A stretch of DNA of 64,000 nucleotides, taken from IMG/VR virus record IMGVR_UViG_3300032294_001558. The stretch is one strand, 5' to 3'. Every line of letters starts with the position of its first letter. Within the stretch, counting starts at the first letter, position 1. The position numbers and the translations under genes were made by a program. Source of the DNA: a virus. Below are positions 1-10,132 of this stretch, piece by piece. A model generated the notes under the pieces. The model saw only the letters and a list, made by a program, of their open reading frames with translations. It was not told where the DNA came from and did no database searches.

Positions 1-2
1 CG

Positions 3-485
3 TACACACTCCCGGGCGATACGGTTGATCTGATGGAGCATGTTATCCGTACGGGGGCGGGCAGTACAGCTACGCAGACCGACCTCACCATTACGCGTAT
101 CAGTGTTTCTACGTACTCGTCCATCCCGAACAAGCTGCAACAAGCGCGACCGATCCAGGTTTACATTGACCGACAACAAGCTGCGCCGAAGTTCACTGTG
201 TGGCCGGTGCCGGATAGTTCTCAGACGTACACTTTCGTCTATTGGCGGCTTCGCCGTATCGATGATGCTGGGTCTGGCGGGGCCAACACGCAGGATGTCC
301 CGTTCCGGTTCCTGAACGCGCTCGTCGCGGGACTTGCCTACTACCTAGCGCTGAAGATTCCTGGCGCGGCCGAACGCCTGCCGATTCTCAAACAACAGTA
401 TGACGAGGCGTGGGACTTGGCGAGCACTGAAGACCGCGAGAAAGCCGCGGTGAGATTCGTCCCCAGGCAGATGTTTATTGGGTGA
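3..485 (+). CDS. virion structural protein, 5' end cut by the window edge (adaptor/head-completion-like position)
   Basis: The frame of ORF 33..485 stays open back to nt 3. It is co-oriented and tightly packed with the structural operon (next start at 489). Confidence 0.55.
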   Translation, partial: YTLPGDTVDLMEHVIRTGAGSTATQTDLTITRISVSTYSSIPNKLQQARPIQVYIDRQQAAPKFTVWPVPDSSQTYTFVYWRLRRIDDAGSGGANTQDVPFRFLNALVAGLAYYLALKIPGAAERLPILKQQYDEAWDLASTEDREKAAVRFVPRQMFIG

Positions 486-488
486 CGC

Positions 489-1139
489 ATGTTCACGGTA
501 GGCCCTGCTTTGCTTGGGACCGGCGTAAAGATTTCATTTGTAGGGATCGGCACGCCAAACGCCAATATCAATTTTCCTACAGTTGTGCCGGCACACAATG
601 CTGGTGACATAATTGTTACGCTTGATGTTGGCACTTCAGGAGTTATTCCCAACTTAAGATCGGGATATACTACGCTTTGCACTTGCAATGGGGCGTTTAT
701 TGGTGGCGCGCGACTTTCAGCTATTGCCGATACAAGTAATAGTATTACAAGTCTTGCGGCGGCGAGCGGGGCTGCTATGCCGCCGATAGTCGCAATATAC
801 AGAAACGCGCAAGTGAACCCGGGATCATTTGGAAGCGGTGTAGAAACAGTAGGTGGAAGCAATCCGCGTAATTGGCCTAGTCTCGCCGCATTTGTCGGTA
901 GTGGTTCGTGGGTTATCGGTATGCTGGGGACGAATAATCAATATCCGGTTGTGCTAACAGCCGGTGATACGCCGGGAATGGTGCAACGCACTATTAAACC
1001 GGCCGGATGGGGCGGCTCTACATACGCAATTTTTGATTCAAACGGTGTTCTAAGTAGTTTTACAGGATACACATGGAATGCCAATGAAGCAGCTAGCACT
1101 GCGAACATTTCAGCCGCTGCCGAGTTGAGAAGGAAATAA
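489..1139 (+). CDS. hypothetical virion protein (216 aa)
   Basis: Long ORF, 3-nt gap to its neighbours, inside the structural operon. Confidence 0.6.
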   Translation: MFTVGPALLGTGVKISFVGIGTPNANINFPTVVPAHNAGDIIVTLDVGTSGVIPNLRSGYTTLCTCNGAFIGGARLSAIADTSNSITSLAAASGAAMPPIVAIYRNAQVNPGSFGSGVETVGGSNPRNWPSLAAFVGSGSWVIGMLGTNNQYPVVLTAGDTPGMVQRTIKPAGWGGSTYAIFDSNGVLSSFTGYTWNANEAASTANISAAAELRRK

Positions 1140-1142
1140 AGC

Positions 1143-1526
1143 ATGGCAAATCGCTTTGCTAATGGCGCTAAAGCGTTTGGGTTTTGCGACGTTTGTGGGT
1201 TCCGTTTCAACCTGAAGAAGCTGAAGAACCTTACCGTCAAGACAAAGCAGACACAGATTCGCGCGTGCCCGCAGTGCTGGGTGCCCGATCAGCCGCAACT
1301 GCAACTCGGCATGTATCCCGTCGCGGATCCTCAAGCGATTCGCGACCCGCGCCCTGATACGAACACATGGGTTGCTTCCGGTACGGGCGTTTCCGGGTTC
1401 CCTGGCGAAGGCAGTCGTGTTACTCAGTGGGGCTGGGCTCCCGTAGGCGGCCCCAACGCAGTTCTGGGCTCCGTCGTCCCCAACGCCTTGCTTGGACAAG
1501 GTGTTCTTGGTACAGTGACCTTCTAG
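1143..1526 (+). CDS. small Cys4 zinc-ribbon protein (127 aa)
   Basis: Contains CDVCG...CPQCW (CxxC-N~35-CxxC). Lies in the operon. Confidence 0.55.
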   Translation: MANRFANGAKAFGFCDVCGFRFNLKKLKNLTVKTKQTQIRACPQCWVPDQPQLQLGMYPVADPQAIRDPRPDTNTWVASGTGVSGFPGEGSRVTQWGWAPVGGPNAVLGSVVPNALLGQGVLGTVTF

Positions 1527-1535
1527 GAGATTTTT

Positions 1536-1688
1536 ATGGCTACAACCCCTGAAAAAGCTGTCCGTAAGCACGAGAAGCGGATGCACCCCGGCAAGACCCC
1601 TTCGTTTAAGAAGGGCGGGCCTACGACCGACGATTACAAGCGCCTCGGCCGTAACATGGCGCGTGCCATGAACCAGAAAGGCCGCTGA
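1536..1688 (+). CDS. tiny basic protein (50 aa), below the ORF-track cutoff
   Basis: Read by hand: GGAG-N7-ATG at 1536, MATTPEKAVRKHEKRMHPGKTPSFKKGGPTTDDYKRLGRNMARAMNQKGR, TGA at 1686-1688. It fills the gap between neighbouring genes exactly. Confidence 0.45.
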   Translation: MATTPEKAVRKHEKRMHPGKTPSFKKGGPTTDDYKRLGRNMARAMNQKGR

Positions 1689-1689
1689 G

Positions 1690-1872
1690 ATGAAGACCAA
1701 AACTACCAAGGCCCCAGCAGCCGGCCAAACGGCTCCAGGCGTCGAGACGCTGAATGTCTCTGTGGCGAACGAGCGGGCCAAGCCGTATGGCGGTGTCAAG
1801 ACTGCGGGCGTGCAGATGCGAGGTACAGGCGCGGCTACGAAAGGTAAGATGTCGCGCGGCCCGATGGGGTGA
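1690..1872 (+). CDS. tiny basic Gly/Lys-rich protein (60 aa)
   Basis: ORF track entry. Starts 2 nt after the previous stop. Basic composition. Confidence 0.45.
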   Translation: MKTKTTKAPAAGQTAPGVETLNVSVANERAKPYGGVKTAGVQMRGTGAATKGKMSRGPMG

Positions 1873-1875
1873 TCT

Positions 1876-2535
1876 ATGCCGATGACATATACGCAGCTTC
1901 AAGCTGCGGTATCATACTACACTGAGAATACATTTTCGGCAGTAGACTTTGCTACTATGACTCGGCTTGCCGAGCAAAAAGTCTATAGTGTAGTCCAGCT
2001 TCCTACGCTCCGTAAAACGGCGACGCTGACGTTTAACGTTGGTGTTCAGACGATCAATCTACCTACAGATTTTTTGTCGTCGTATAGTTTTGCGGTGGTT
2101 CTGCCAACAGGCGAATACGCGTACATGCTGAATAAAGATGTCAACTTTATTCAGGAAGCATACCCAAGTCCTGTGTTCTCAGGCGTTCCCAAGTACTACG
2201 CGCTTGCTGGCACCGTGAGCAACCCATTGGTGCAAGTAGCAGTAGTTGGGCCTGCGCCCCAGCTTGGGTACGATACGGCACTCAATTACGCGGCGTACCC
2301 CGAAAGCATCACGGTTGCGACTACAGGCACTTCTTGGTTGGGTAACAACTTCGAGTCTGTACTATTCAACGGAGTGATGGTCGAAGCTGCCCGTGCCATG
2401 AAGCAAGAGCCCGATATTGTCGCCATGTATGAGAAGCAGTTCCAAGAGTCGTTGATGCTCGTTAAGGAACTCGGTGACGGGCGGAACCGCCGCGACGCAT
2501 ATCGCTCCGGCCAGACACGCTCTGGGGTGACCTGA
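1876..2535 (+). CDS. hypothetical virion protein (219 aa)
   Basis: Operon context. TGATG stop/start overlap with the next gene. Confidence 0.6.
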   Translation: MPMTYTQLQAAVSYYTENTFSAVDFATMTRLAEQKVYSVVQLPTLRKTATLTFNVGVQTINLPTDFLSSYSFAVVLPTGEYAYMLNKDVNFIQEAYPSPVFSGVPKYYALAGTVSNPLVQVAVVGPAPQLGYDTALNYAAYPESITVATTGTSWLGNNFESVLFNGVMVEAARAMKQEPDIVAMYEKQFQESLMLVKELGDGRNRRDAYRSGQTRSGVT

Positions 2536-2951
2536 TGCCTATCATCCAAGGACTTGTTTCGTCGTTCAAGCTAGAGTCTTGGCAGGCGATCCACGACTTT
2601 CCAACAGATACACTCAAGTTTGCACTTTATACCGCCAATGCCTCGCTTAACTCCACTACGACGACATACACCAGTGCTAACGAAGTCACTGCTGTGGGCT
2701 ACACTGCTGGTGGCGTTGTGCTTTCTGGTGTCACTCTCACTCTAAATAACGGGGCCGCCTGTCTATCTTTTGATAACCCAACGTGGGCAGGTGTAAATTT
2801 TGTCTGCCGAGGCGCGTTGATTTATAACGCCAGCAAAGCCAATCGAGCAATTGCGGTGCTAGATTTTGGCGCGGACAAGACCGCCTCTGGTACTTTTGTT
2901 GTACCCATTCCAGCGAATACTTCTTCTACGGCGATTATCCGCTTCCAGTAA
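2535..2951 (+). CDS. hypothetical virion protein (138 aa)
   Basis: Translationally coupled to its neighbours in the operon. Confidence 0.6.
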   Translation: MPIIQGLVSSFKLESWQAIHDFPTDTLKFALYTANASLNSTTTTYTSANEVTAVGYTAGGVVLSGVTLTLNNGAACLSFDNPTWAGVNFVCRGALIYNASKANRAIAVLDFGADKTASGTFVVPIPANTSSTAIIRFQ

Positions 2952-2959
2952 GGACAGTC

Positions 2960-4483
2960 ATGCCTACTAGTTTCACTCCCCTGCTCGGTCTCGCGCTACC
3001 TGCTACAGGCGAATTGTCGGGCACCTGGGGCGATACGGTTAACAACTCCATTACGTCTTTGGTTGAAAGCGCTGTAGCTGGCACTACAACGTTAAATACT
3101 GATGCAGATGTTACGCTAACGACTAACACGGGTGCTAGCAACCAAGCGCGGCAGGCTGTATTGCTCTGCACGGGCGCGCGTACGGCGCAAAGAACAATTA
3201 CCGCCCCAGCGCAATCGAAGACGTACATTGTCGTAAATAATACTACGGGCGGGTTTTCTGTAAAGCTTGTTGGGTCAGGTCCTACAGCAGGTATTACTGT
3301 TGATAGTGGGGAACGTGCGCTAGTTGTGTGGAATGGGTCCGATTTTGTCAAGCTAGGCTACGCGAGCGGGGTAGGGGTGTTCACCAGTGTTGTCGCCGGT
3401 TCGGGCACAGCGGCGCTGCCGTCTTACTCCTTCCTCGGAGACACCGATACGGGAATGTTCTCGCCGGCCGCCAATACGCTGGCCTGGAGCGTAGGCGGGA
3501 CGGATGGCGTGCGGCTGGACTCCAGCGGGAACCTTGGGATCGGAGTGGCGAGTCCGGGTAGTCGACTGCACGTTAGCAGTTCTGCATCAGAGATCGCACG
3601 GTTTCAGACCTCCGGCGCGGATATGTATCTGCGCTTCGTAAACAGTGTCGACCCAAACGGATACATCGGCTACCAAAACAGGGCATTGACGTTTTGGACT
3701 GCCAACGTCCAATGCATGAGTCTCGACGCCTCGGGCAACCTCGGCCTGGGGGTGACGCCGAGTGCGTGGGGCCCCGCGTACAAGGCGATGCAGCTATTTT
3801 TTGGAGGTGGGCCGTTCACTTCAAATGCCGGCGCGGTTGGTTTTACTGGTAACTGTTTCCATAACGGCTCAAACTGGGTGTATGCATCCAGCAACCCTGC
3901 TACTCGTTACGAACTTGGACCAGATAGCGGCAACCATCGATGGTTCACCGCCCCCTCCGGCACCGCAGGCAACGCGATCACGTTTACTCAGGCGATGACG
4001 CTGACTTCGGCCGGACTTCTCCAGCTAGCAGCCGGTAACACTGGTGGTGGCGTTGCACTCAATAACGCAGCTAATACGTCGCCTACTGTTCTTGATTGGT
4101 ACGAAGAGGGCACGTTCACCCCGACGCTCACGGGTATCGGCACACCAACATACACTACGCAGTCAGGCTCTTATACACGGATCGGGAACGTAGTCCACTT
4201 CAATATTACGCTTAATTGGACTGATGGGACAAACGGCGCGGGTATTACCGTGGCTAGCCTCCCGTTCACGGCCGCTGGGGCCAATACACCAGTAAGTGTC
4301 AGTGTTAACTACCTAGGCAATGCGAGTTTCACGTGGACAGGCGTGGTTAAGGCATACGTTAGTGGCGGGACGGCGAATATCGCCCTGGTCGTAGAAAGTT
4401 CTGGCGCTTCCAATGGGACGCTGCTAAACCCTAGCGCGGGTACTAAAGATGTGATTATCTCTGGTACTTACAGGGTTGCATAA
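2960..4483 (+). CDS. tail fibre / spike protein (507 aa)
   Basis: The N-terminus MPTSFTPLLGLALPATGELSGTWGDTVNNSI is the conserved anchor seen in many phage fibre proteins (from memory). The remainder is Gly/Ser/Thr/Asn-rich. Confidence 0.65.
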   Translation: MPTSFTPLLGLALPATGELSGTWGDTVNNSITSLVESAVAGTTTLNTDADVTLTTNTGASNQARQAVLLCTGARTAQRTITAPAQSKTYIVVNNTTGGFSVKLVGSGPTAGITVDSGERALVVWNGSDFVKLGYASGVGVFTSVVAGSGTAALPSYSFLGDTDTGMFSPAANTLAWSVGGTDGVRLDSSGNLGIGVASPGSRLHVSSSASEIARFQTSGADMYLRFVNSVDPNGYIGYQNRALTFWTANVQCMSLDASGNLGLGVTPSAWGPAYKAMQLFFGGGPFTSNAGAVGFTGNCFHNGSNWVYASSNPATRYELGPDSGNHRWFTAPSGTAGNAITFTQAMTLTSAGLLQLAAGNTGGGVALNNAANTSPTVLDWYEEGTFTPTLTGIGTPTYTTQSGSYTRIGNVVHFNITLNWTDGTNGAGITVASLPFTAAGANTPVSVSVNYLGNASFTWTGVVKAYVSGGTANIALVVESSGASNGTLLNPSAGTKDVIISGTYRVA

Positions 4484-4731
4484 TGAAACTTCCAATTTTT
4501 CCACAAGACAAAGCGAACCATTTTATTTACGGCGCCGCAGTCACTTCCTTGGTAGCTTTGTTCAGCGTTGTAGCAGCGATCATTTTATGTGTAGTCGTCG
4601 CAGTTGGAAGGGAGGTATATAACAAGGTGTACGGCGGTGAGGTGTCCTTGGCGGATATCGCATGGACGCTTGCAGGGGGGGCCGTAGTACTGTTTCCGTT
4701 TCTCCGGCAACAAATTCCCTCTATTTTTTGA
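4483..4731 (+). CDS. small membrane protein (82 aa), lysis accessory or holin-like
   Basis: Two clear hydrophobic segments (AAVTSLVALFSVVAAIILCVVVAV and WTLAGGAVVLFPF). TAATG coupling. Sits directly upstream of the holin-like and endolysin genes. Confidence 0.5.
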   Translation: MKLPIFPQDKANHFIYGAAVTSLVALFSVVAAIILCVVVAVGREVYNKVYGGEVSLADIAWTLAGGAVVLFPFLRQQIPSIF

Positions 4732-4751
4732 TAACTACGGTTTATTGAACT

Positions 4752-5297
4752 ATGCCACTTCCTGCATTTCTTGCTCCACTACTGGCCCAAGGACTCAGCC
4801 TTCTTAGTAATGCTGCGCTCGCTAAAGGCAAAGAGTGGGTCGAACAGAAGACGGGCGTCAGCCTCGATCAACCGCTGTCGTCAGAAGATGTACTGAAGCT
4901 TCGTCAGTATGAGATGGATCACGAGGAGGAGCTTATCAGGCTTCGGCAGGAAGACGATAAGCTTAAAGCGACGCTGGAGCTTGCGTATCTTGAAGATGTA
5001 CAAAATGCACGAGATCTACAGAAAGCCGCTCTGGCGCAGAACGATTTGTTTGCAAAGCGCTTCATCTACTACCTCGCGATCTTCTGGAGTGTCGCAGCGG
5101 TTCTCTACATCGGATTTATCACGTTTGCGGAGATCCCCGAAGCGAATGTACGTTTTGCTGACACAATTCTTGGTTTCTTGTTGGGCACATTGATCGCTAC
5201 CATCATGAACTTCTTCTACGGCTCTAGTCGCGGCAGTGCAACTAAGGGGCAGGTACTTGAGGATGTTGTGTCTAAGGTTGCGGGGGACAAGCAATGA
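4752..5297 (+). CDS. holin-like protein, 3-TM (GTA_holin_3TM-like)
   Basis: Coiled N-terminal half followed by three hydrophobic segments (FIYYLAIFWSVAAVLYIGFITF and ILGFLLGTLIATIMNFFY). ATGA overlap with the endolysin. The family name is from memory. Confidence 0.5.
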   Translation: MPLPAFLAPLLAQGLSLLSNAALAKGKEWVEQKTGVSLDQPLSSEDVLKLRQYEMDHEEELIRLRQEDDKLKATLELAYLEDVQNARDLQKAALAQNDLFAKRFIYYLAIFWSVAAVLYIGFITFAEIPEANVRFADTILGFLLGTLIATIMNFFYGSSRGSATKGQVLEDVVSKVAGDKQ

Positions 5298-5632
5298 GTC
5301 TTGTGCCAGAACAAGCAGCGTTCCTGCTCGATGTGTGCCGCCTGATCCAATATGCTACTTCACAGGGTTGGACGATCACAGGCGGGGAGTTGTACCGCAC
5401 GCTTGAGCAGCAGCAGATCCATGTAAAGGCAGGTCGTTCAAAGACGATGAACAGCAACCATCTCAGGCGTCTTGCAATCGATCTTAACTTCTTCAAAGAC
5501 GGTAAGTTGGTCTGGGACAAGAACACAATCGCCCCTCTAGGCTCGTATTGGGAGACGCTTCACCCTAAGAATCGTTGGGGCGGCAATTTTAGGTCGCTCG
5601 TCGATGTACCGCATTTTGAACGAAATGTGTAG
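5294..5632 (+). CDS. endolysin, peptidase M15 (L-Ala-D-Glu / VanY-like) family
   Basis: SNHLRRLAIDL (H..D) and DVPHFE motifs. 112 aa. Confidence 0.7.
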   Translation: MSLVPEQAAFLLDVCRLIQYATSQGWTITGGELYRTLEQQQIHVKAGRSKTMNSNHLRRLAIDLNFFKDGKLVWDKNTIAPLGSYWETLHPKNRWGGNFRSLVDVPHFERNV

Positions 5633-5634
5633 TC

Positions 5635-7488
5635 ATGCCGCTTAAGACGATTAGGTTTAAGCCTGGGATTAACCGCGAGAATACTAGATATCTTGCGGAA
5701 GGGAAGTGGTATGACTGCGAAAAAGTCCGTTTCCGTCAAGGAACACCTGAGAAGATCGGCGGCTGGGCACGTATCTCAAACAATACCTACCTTGGTGTTG
5801 CGCGGTCTCTCTGGCCGTGGGCGGCGTCAGCCGGGGCGTTGTATCTTGGCGTCGGCACCCACCTTAAATACTATGTTTCTACGAGCGGGGCGTACTACGA
5901 TGTTACCCCACTGCGTGTAACCACGACACTCCCAAACAATCCGTTTACTGCGAACGGCACTAATATTATCTCAGTAAACGCCCCCACACACGGGGCTATT
6001 GTTGGAGATTTTGTTACGTATAGTGGGGCGACAGCATTCAGTGGTGTGACGATTGTTGGCGAGTATCAGGTCGTCTCTGTTACAGACGCGAATACGTACA
6101 CGATCGATTTTGGTTCTAATGTCGCCGCCGGTTCAGGTGGCGGCGCGGCTGTTTCCGCAGCGTACCAAATCAATATTGGTGCAGCCACGCAACTGCCCTT
6201 GGTCGGATGGGGGGCGGGAGGATGGGGCCAAGGGACTTGGGGCCAAGGCGCGATGGGGACAACGCAGATCCGTATTTGGAACAACCAGAACTTCGGGTTT
6301 GACCTACTCTACGGGCCGAAAGGCGGGGCCCTGTACTACTGGAATAACACTACTGGACTTGCCTCGCGGGGTGTCGCGCTTACGAGTTTGCCCGGTGCAT
6401 CTGATGTACCCACGCTCCACAATCACATGATTGTGTCAGACGCATCTAGGTTTGTTCTTGTTTTTGGTTGTAACGACTACGGCAATACGTCTATAGACCC
6501 GATGCTGATTCGGTGGTCTGACCAAGAGACTGCGGTTAATTGGACCCCAGCAGCGACGAACCAAGCCGGGAGTTTACGTCTTTCTCGCGGCTCTAAGATT
6601 AGCGCCGTACTTCAAGTCCGACAAGAGCTTCTTGTCTGGACGGATATCGCGTTGTATTCTTTGCAGTATCTAGGTCCTCCTGTTGTTTGGGGCTCTCAGA
6701 TTTTGGGAGACAATATCTCTATCGTCAGTGATAGAGCGGTAATGGTGGCTGCTGGTACTGCATATTGGATGGGCGAAGAGAAATTCTATGTCTATGACGG
6801 CCGATTGAACACACTTACTTGCGATGTCCGCCAGTATGTGTTCGGAGATTTTAATTTTAACGAAGCGCAACAAGTGTTCGCTGGTAGTGTAGAGGAATTC
6901 AACGAGGTCTGGTGGTTCTATTGTTCTGCGGGGTCTACTACAATTGATCGTTACGTTGTTTACAATTACCTAGAACAAGCTTGGTACTACGGCCGTATGG
7001 CAAGAACGGCCTGGATTGACGATAGCCTTGTTAGTACTTACCCGATAGCCGCTACGTATTCAAACGTATTGGTGTATCATGAACTGGGAGTGAATGACGC
7101 TGAAGGCCCAACCGCCCAACCAGTCACTGCGTACATTACATCCGCTGAGTTCGATATTGAAGACGGGCACAACTTTGGGTTCATCTGGCGCGTACTGCCA
7201 GACGTAAAGTTTGACGGCTCAGATGTGCAAAATCCGTCTGTGACGATGACACTCCTGCCGTTGCAGAATTCTGGTTCGGGATATAACGTACCGCCATCTG
7301 TTGGCGGCGCTGACTCGGGCGCTATTGTCCGATCGACCACAGTCCCGGTGGAGCAGTTCACGGGACAGATTAACGTGCGCGTGCGCGGGCGACAAATGGC
7401 GTTTAAGGTGCAGTCAGACTCGCTCGGTACCCATTGGCAGCTTGGCGCGCCTAGAATCGATATTCGTCCTGACGGCAGGAAATCCTGA
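5635..7488 (+). CDS. tail structural protein (617 aa)
   Basis: Large ORF, coupled to its neighbours, in the tail region. Confidence 0.6.
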   Translation: MPLKTIRFKPGINRENTRYLAEGKWYDCEKVRFRQGTPEKIGGWARISNNTYLGVARSLWPWAASAGALYLGVGTHLKYYVSTSGAYYDVTPLRVTTTLPNNPFTANGTNIISVNAPTHGAIVGDFVTYSGATAFSGVTIVGEYQVVSVTDANTYTIDFGSNVAAGSGGGAAVSAAYQINIGAATQLPLVGWGAGGWGQGTWGQGAMGTTQIRIWNNQNFGFDLLYGPKGGALYYWNNTTGLASRGVALTSLPGASDVPTLHNHMIVSDASRFVLVFGCNDYGNTSIDPMLIRWSDQETAVNWTPAATNQAGSLRLSRGSKISAVLQVRQELLVWTDIALYSLQYLGPPVVWGSQILGDNISIVSDRAVMVAAGTAYWMGEEKFYVYDGRLNTLTCDVRQYVFGDFNFNEAQQVFAGSVEEFNEVWWFYCSAGSTTIDRYVVYNYLEQAWYYGRMARTAWIDDSLVSTYPIAATYSNVLVYHELGVNDAEGPTAQPVTAYITSAEFDIEDGHNFGFIWRVLPDVKFDGSDVQNPSVTMTLLPLQNSGSGYNVPPSVGGADSGAIVRSTTVPVEQFTGQINVRVRGRQMAFKVQSDSLGTHWQLGAPRIDIRPDGRKS

Positions 7489-8840
7489 TGTCTGTATGGA
7501 GCAATCTCGTAAAGCGCTTTCGCGCCCCCGCACTGCCAAAGCCGGGGCCGACGTACACGCAGACGTACATGGACAACCTGCTGAATGTCCTGCGTTTGTA
7601 CTTCAACCAGCTTGACGAACTTCTGGCGAATATCTTGGCTGCTCAACCCGTAAACGTCCGTTTTTTCGGGACCGCACTTGATGCGTTTGGTCGTACGCGT
7701 ATTAGTCAGCCGTATACCCTGTTTGACTCTCAGAACCGCTACGAGAAGAACGACCTTTTCGACGAAACTACTGCTACAGGCGGTACGGTTACGTATACGG
7801 CCAACGAAAGCACGGTCAATCTGAATGTAACCACCAGCAGCGGGTCAAGCGTCACCCGCCAAAGCTACCGCTCATTTGCCTACCAGCCCGGTAAGGGCTT
7901 GATGGTGATGAATACGTTTGTCATGGGGTCGCCCCAGACGAACATGCGGATGCGTGTGGGGTACTTCAATTCAGAAAACGGCGTGTTTCTTGAGCGGGAC
8001 GGCGCTACGGTCTACATTGTCCGACGTACGTTCGTCTCCGGTGCCGCAGTCGATACGCGTGTGGCGCAAACTGACTGGAACGGTGATAGGCTCAACGGTA
8101 CCGGCGCGTCCACACTGACGCTCGATCTTACAAAGGCCCAAATCCTCTGGATGGACTTCGAGTGGCTGGGCGTAGGTTCCGTCCGGGTTGGGTTCGTGAT
8201 CGATGGGCAGCCCGTTATCTGCCACACGTTTAACAACGCCAACAACCTCACGACGGTCTATATGACGACGGCGATCCTGCCGGTGCGTTATGAAGTGACT
8301 AACACCGGGGCTGTCGCAGCCGCGGCTACACTGAAGCAAATCTGCTCTACGGTTATTTCTGAAGGCGGCTACGAAAAGAAGGTGGCTACGTTTGTCGCAC
8401 GTATGACGGCTGCCAATCCGTCTATAAGCACTACGTTCGTTCCGCTAGTATCTATCCGGCTGGCTGCGGGGCGCACAGGGGCGGTTGTGGTTCCTGATAG
8501 TTACGCAGTTCTTCCTACAGCGGGGGCGGCAACTACATTCGAGATTGTACTAGTAAAGAATCCTACGCTCACTGGCGCATCTTGGGCGCCCACAGACTCT
8601 AATAACGTGCAGCGAGATATTAGTGCTACGTCTTTTACTGGCGGGACTATTATCGAATCGCAGTATGTTGTATCCTCTTTTTTATCCCAAGGTATGTCGT
8701 CTGGCGGAGGGGATTATAACTGGGATCTACAACTCGGCGCCACGATCGTCGGCACTAGCGACATCTATACTGTTGCTGCGCGTACATTAAGTGGCACGCA
8801 AACTGCGATTGCAAGCATGTCGTTTTGGGATCTGACATGA
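7488..8840 (+). CDS. tail structural protein (450 aa)
   Basis: TGATG coupling to the upstream gene. Operon context. Confidence 0.6.
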   Translation: MSVWSNLVKRFRAPALPKPGPTYTQTYMDNLLNVLRLYFNQLDELLANILAAQPVNVRFFGTALDAFGRTRISQPYTLFDSQNRYEKNDLFDETTATGGTVTYTANESTVNLNVTTSSGSSVTRQSYRSFAYQPGKGLMVMNTFVMGSPQTNMRMRVGYFNSENGVFLERDGATVYIVRRTFVSGAAVDTRVAQTDWNGDRLNGTGASTLTLDLTKAQILWMDFEWLGVGSVRVGFVIDGQPVICHTFNNANNLTTVYMTTAILPVRYEVTNTGAVAAAATLKQICSTVISEGGYEKKVATFVARMTAANPSISTTFVPLVSIRLAAGRTGAVVVPDSYAVLPTAGAATTFEIVLVKNPTLTGASWAPTDSNNVQRDISATSFTGGTIIESQYVVSSFLSQGMSSGGGDYNWDLQLGATIVGTSDIYTVAARTLSGTQTAIASMSFWDLT

Positions 8841-10132
8841 ATGAAAACGACCCTTACGCCGGGATTAGAAACCTGAAGTTTCGCGGGGTAGACGAGGTTT
8901 TCACTCCGGTATCCCAGGATGAACTATCTCAGTTCTACGTTGATACGGACGAGGGTCGGCGAGTTGACCAACAGCGCGCCATTGCGGCCGGATTCGCGCC
9001 GAACGCAGTGTCTGTCGGGGGGTCCGAGTACGGTGGAGAGAACTTCACTTGGGGGCGCCCCACTGGGCAATTTCGGGGCTGGGCTCCAGATTGGGAAGCA
9101 CTAAAACCGCTTGGGTTCCAGTCTAAATACAACCAATCAGACGACATCACCAGCCAGCTCTCTGAAGCACAACGTGTGGCTTTGGGGGGTGATAGACTCT
9201 TTAAAATTACGCTGCAACAGCCAGGCAAACATAAATACGATACTCAAGAAGCTTTTTATCGTGTGGGTCCCCAGGGCGAAGGGGTACTACTCGGCACGCC
9301 AACAGCGTCACGGCAGCAGTCTAGTTCAAAGCAGTTCCGTGACACACTATTCAAGGAGATGCTTCCGGCCGCTGCGCAGTTTGCTGCGCTCGCTGGCGGC
9401 CTGCCCGGACTCTCGTCAGCCACTTTTGGTGGCGGACTACTCGGCGCTGCGGCCGCGGGTGCGGCTAATAGTGCTATCGGCACGCTACTTCGCGGTGGTG
9501 GTCTAGATGACATTCTGAAGAGTGCGGTAACTGGTGGGGTCACGGGCGGCGTGATGCCCACGATCTCATCGGCTATTTCTGACATTATTCCTAGAGAGGG
9601 CATCGGGGCGCTACTCAACCGTGCCACTACAGATGTTGCGCAGTCGGGTCTTCGCTCCTTGTTGTCAGGGAGAGACTTCGATCTTGGCGATGCCCTCAAG
9701 GGGTCCGCGCTGAACCAACTCACAGCGGGCTTGACCGACAACTTGGGGGTCCCTAAGGGTCTGGCTTCGCTGGGCGTAAGGCTGGCTGGAGGGCAGCAGG
9801 CGCGACCTTCGGACATCCTGGGACTGGTTCGCGGCTTCGGTGGGCCTGACAACGCACTTGCTCAAGTTGGACGAATCGCGGATACTGTGGCTGGGAGAAA
9901 AACTCGCCTACCCATGTCGTCCACGCCCCCCGAAGCTCTGACCCAGGCACGTGCCACGGACGACGCATTCGCGCCGCTTGCCCTGATGAGTCTGCTCGGA
10001 CAGCCCGCGCGTAGCGCCCCGGCCCCAGAGTACGAGGTAGCGCAAATCAACGCACGTTCGCCGTTCGGCAACGTCTTTGACCGCAACCAAGACGAATACA
10101 CAAGCCAGCTTCTTAGAGGTCGGTATGGATAG
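8837..10132 (+). CDS. internal virion / ejection protein
   Basis: The ATG at 8837 forms an ATGA overlap with the upstream stop. The ORF track's 8825 start is an in-frame alternative. Gly/Ala-rich middle region. Confidence 0.55.
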   Translation: MNENDPYAGIRNLKFRGVDEVFTPVSQDELSQFYVDTDEGRRVDQQRAIAAGFAPNAVSVGGSEYGGENFTWGRPTGQFRGWAPDWEALKPLGFQSKYNQSDDITSQLSEAQRVALGGDRLFKITLQQPGKHKYDTQEAFYRVGPQGEGVLLGTPTASRQQSSSKQFRDTLFKEMLPAAAQFAALAGGLPGLSSATFGGGLLGAAAAGAANSAIGTLLRGGGLDDILKSAVTGGVTGGVMPTISSAISDIIPREGIGALLNRATTDVAQSGLRSLLSGRDFDLGDALKGSALNQLTAGLTDNLGVPKGLASLGVRLAGGQQARPSDILGLVRGFGGPDNALAQVGRIADTVAGRKTRLPMSSTPPEALTQARATDDAFAPLALMSLLGQPARSAPAPEYEVAQINARSPFGNVFDRNQDEYTSQLLRGRYG

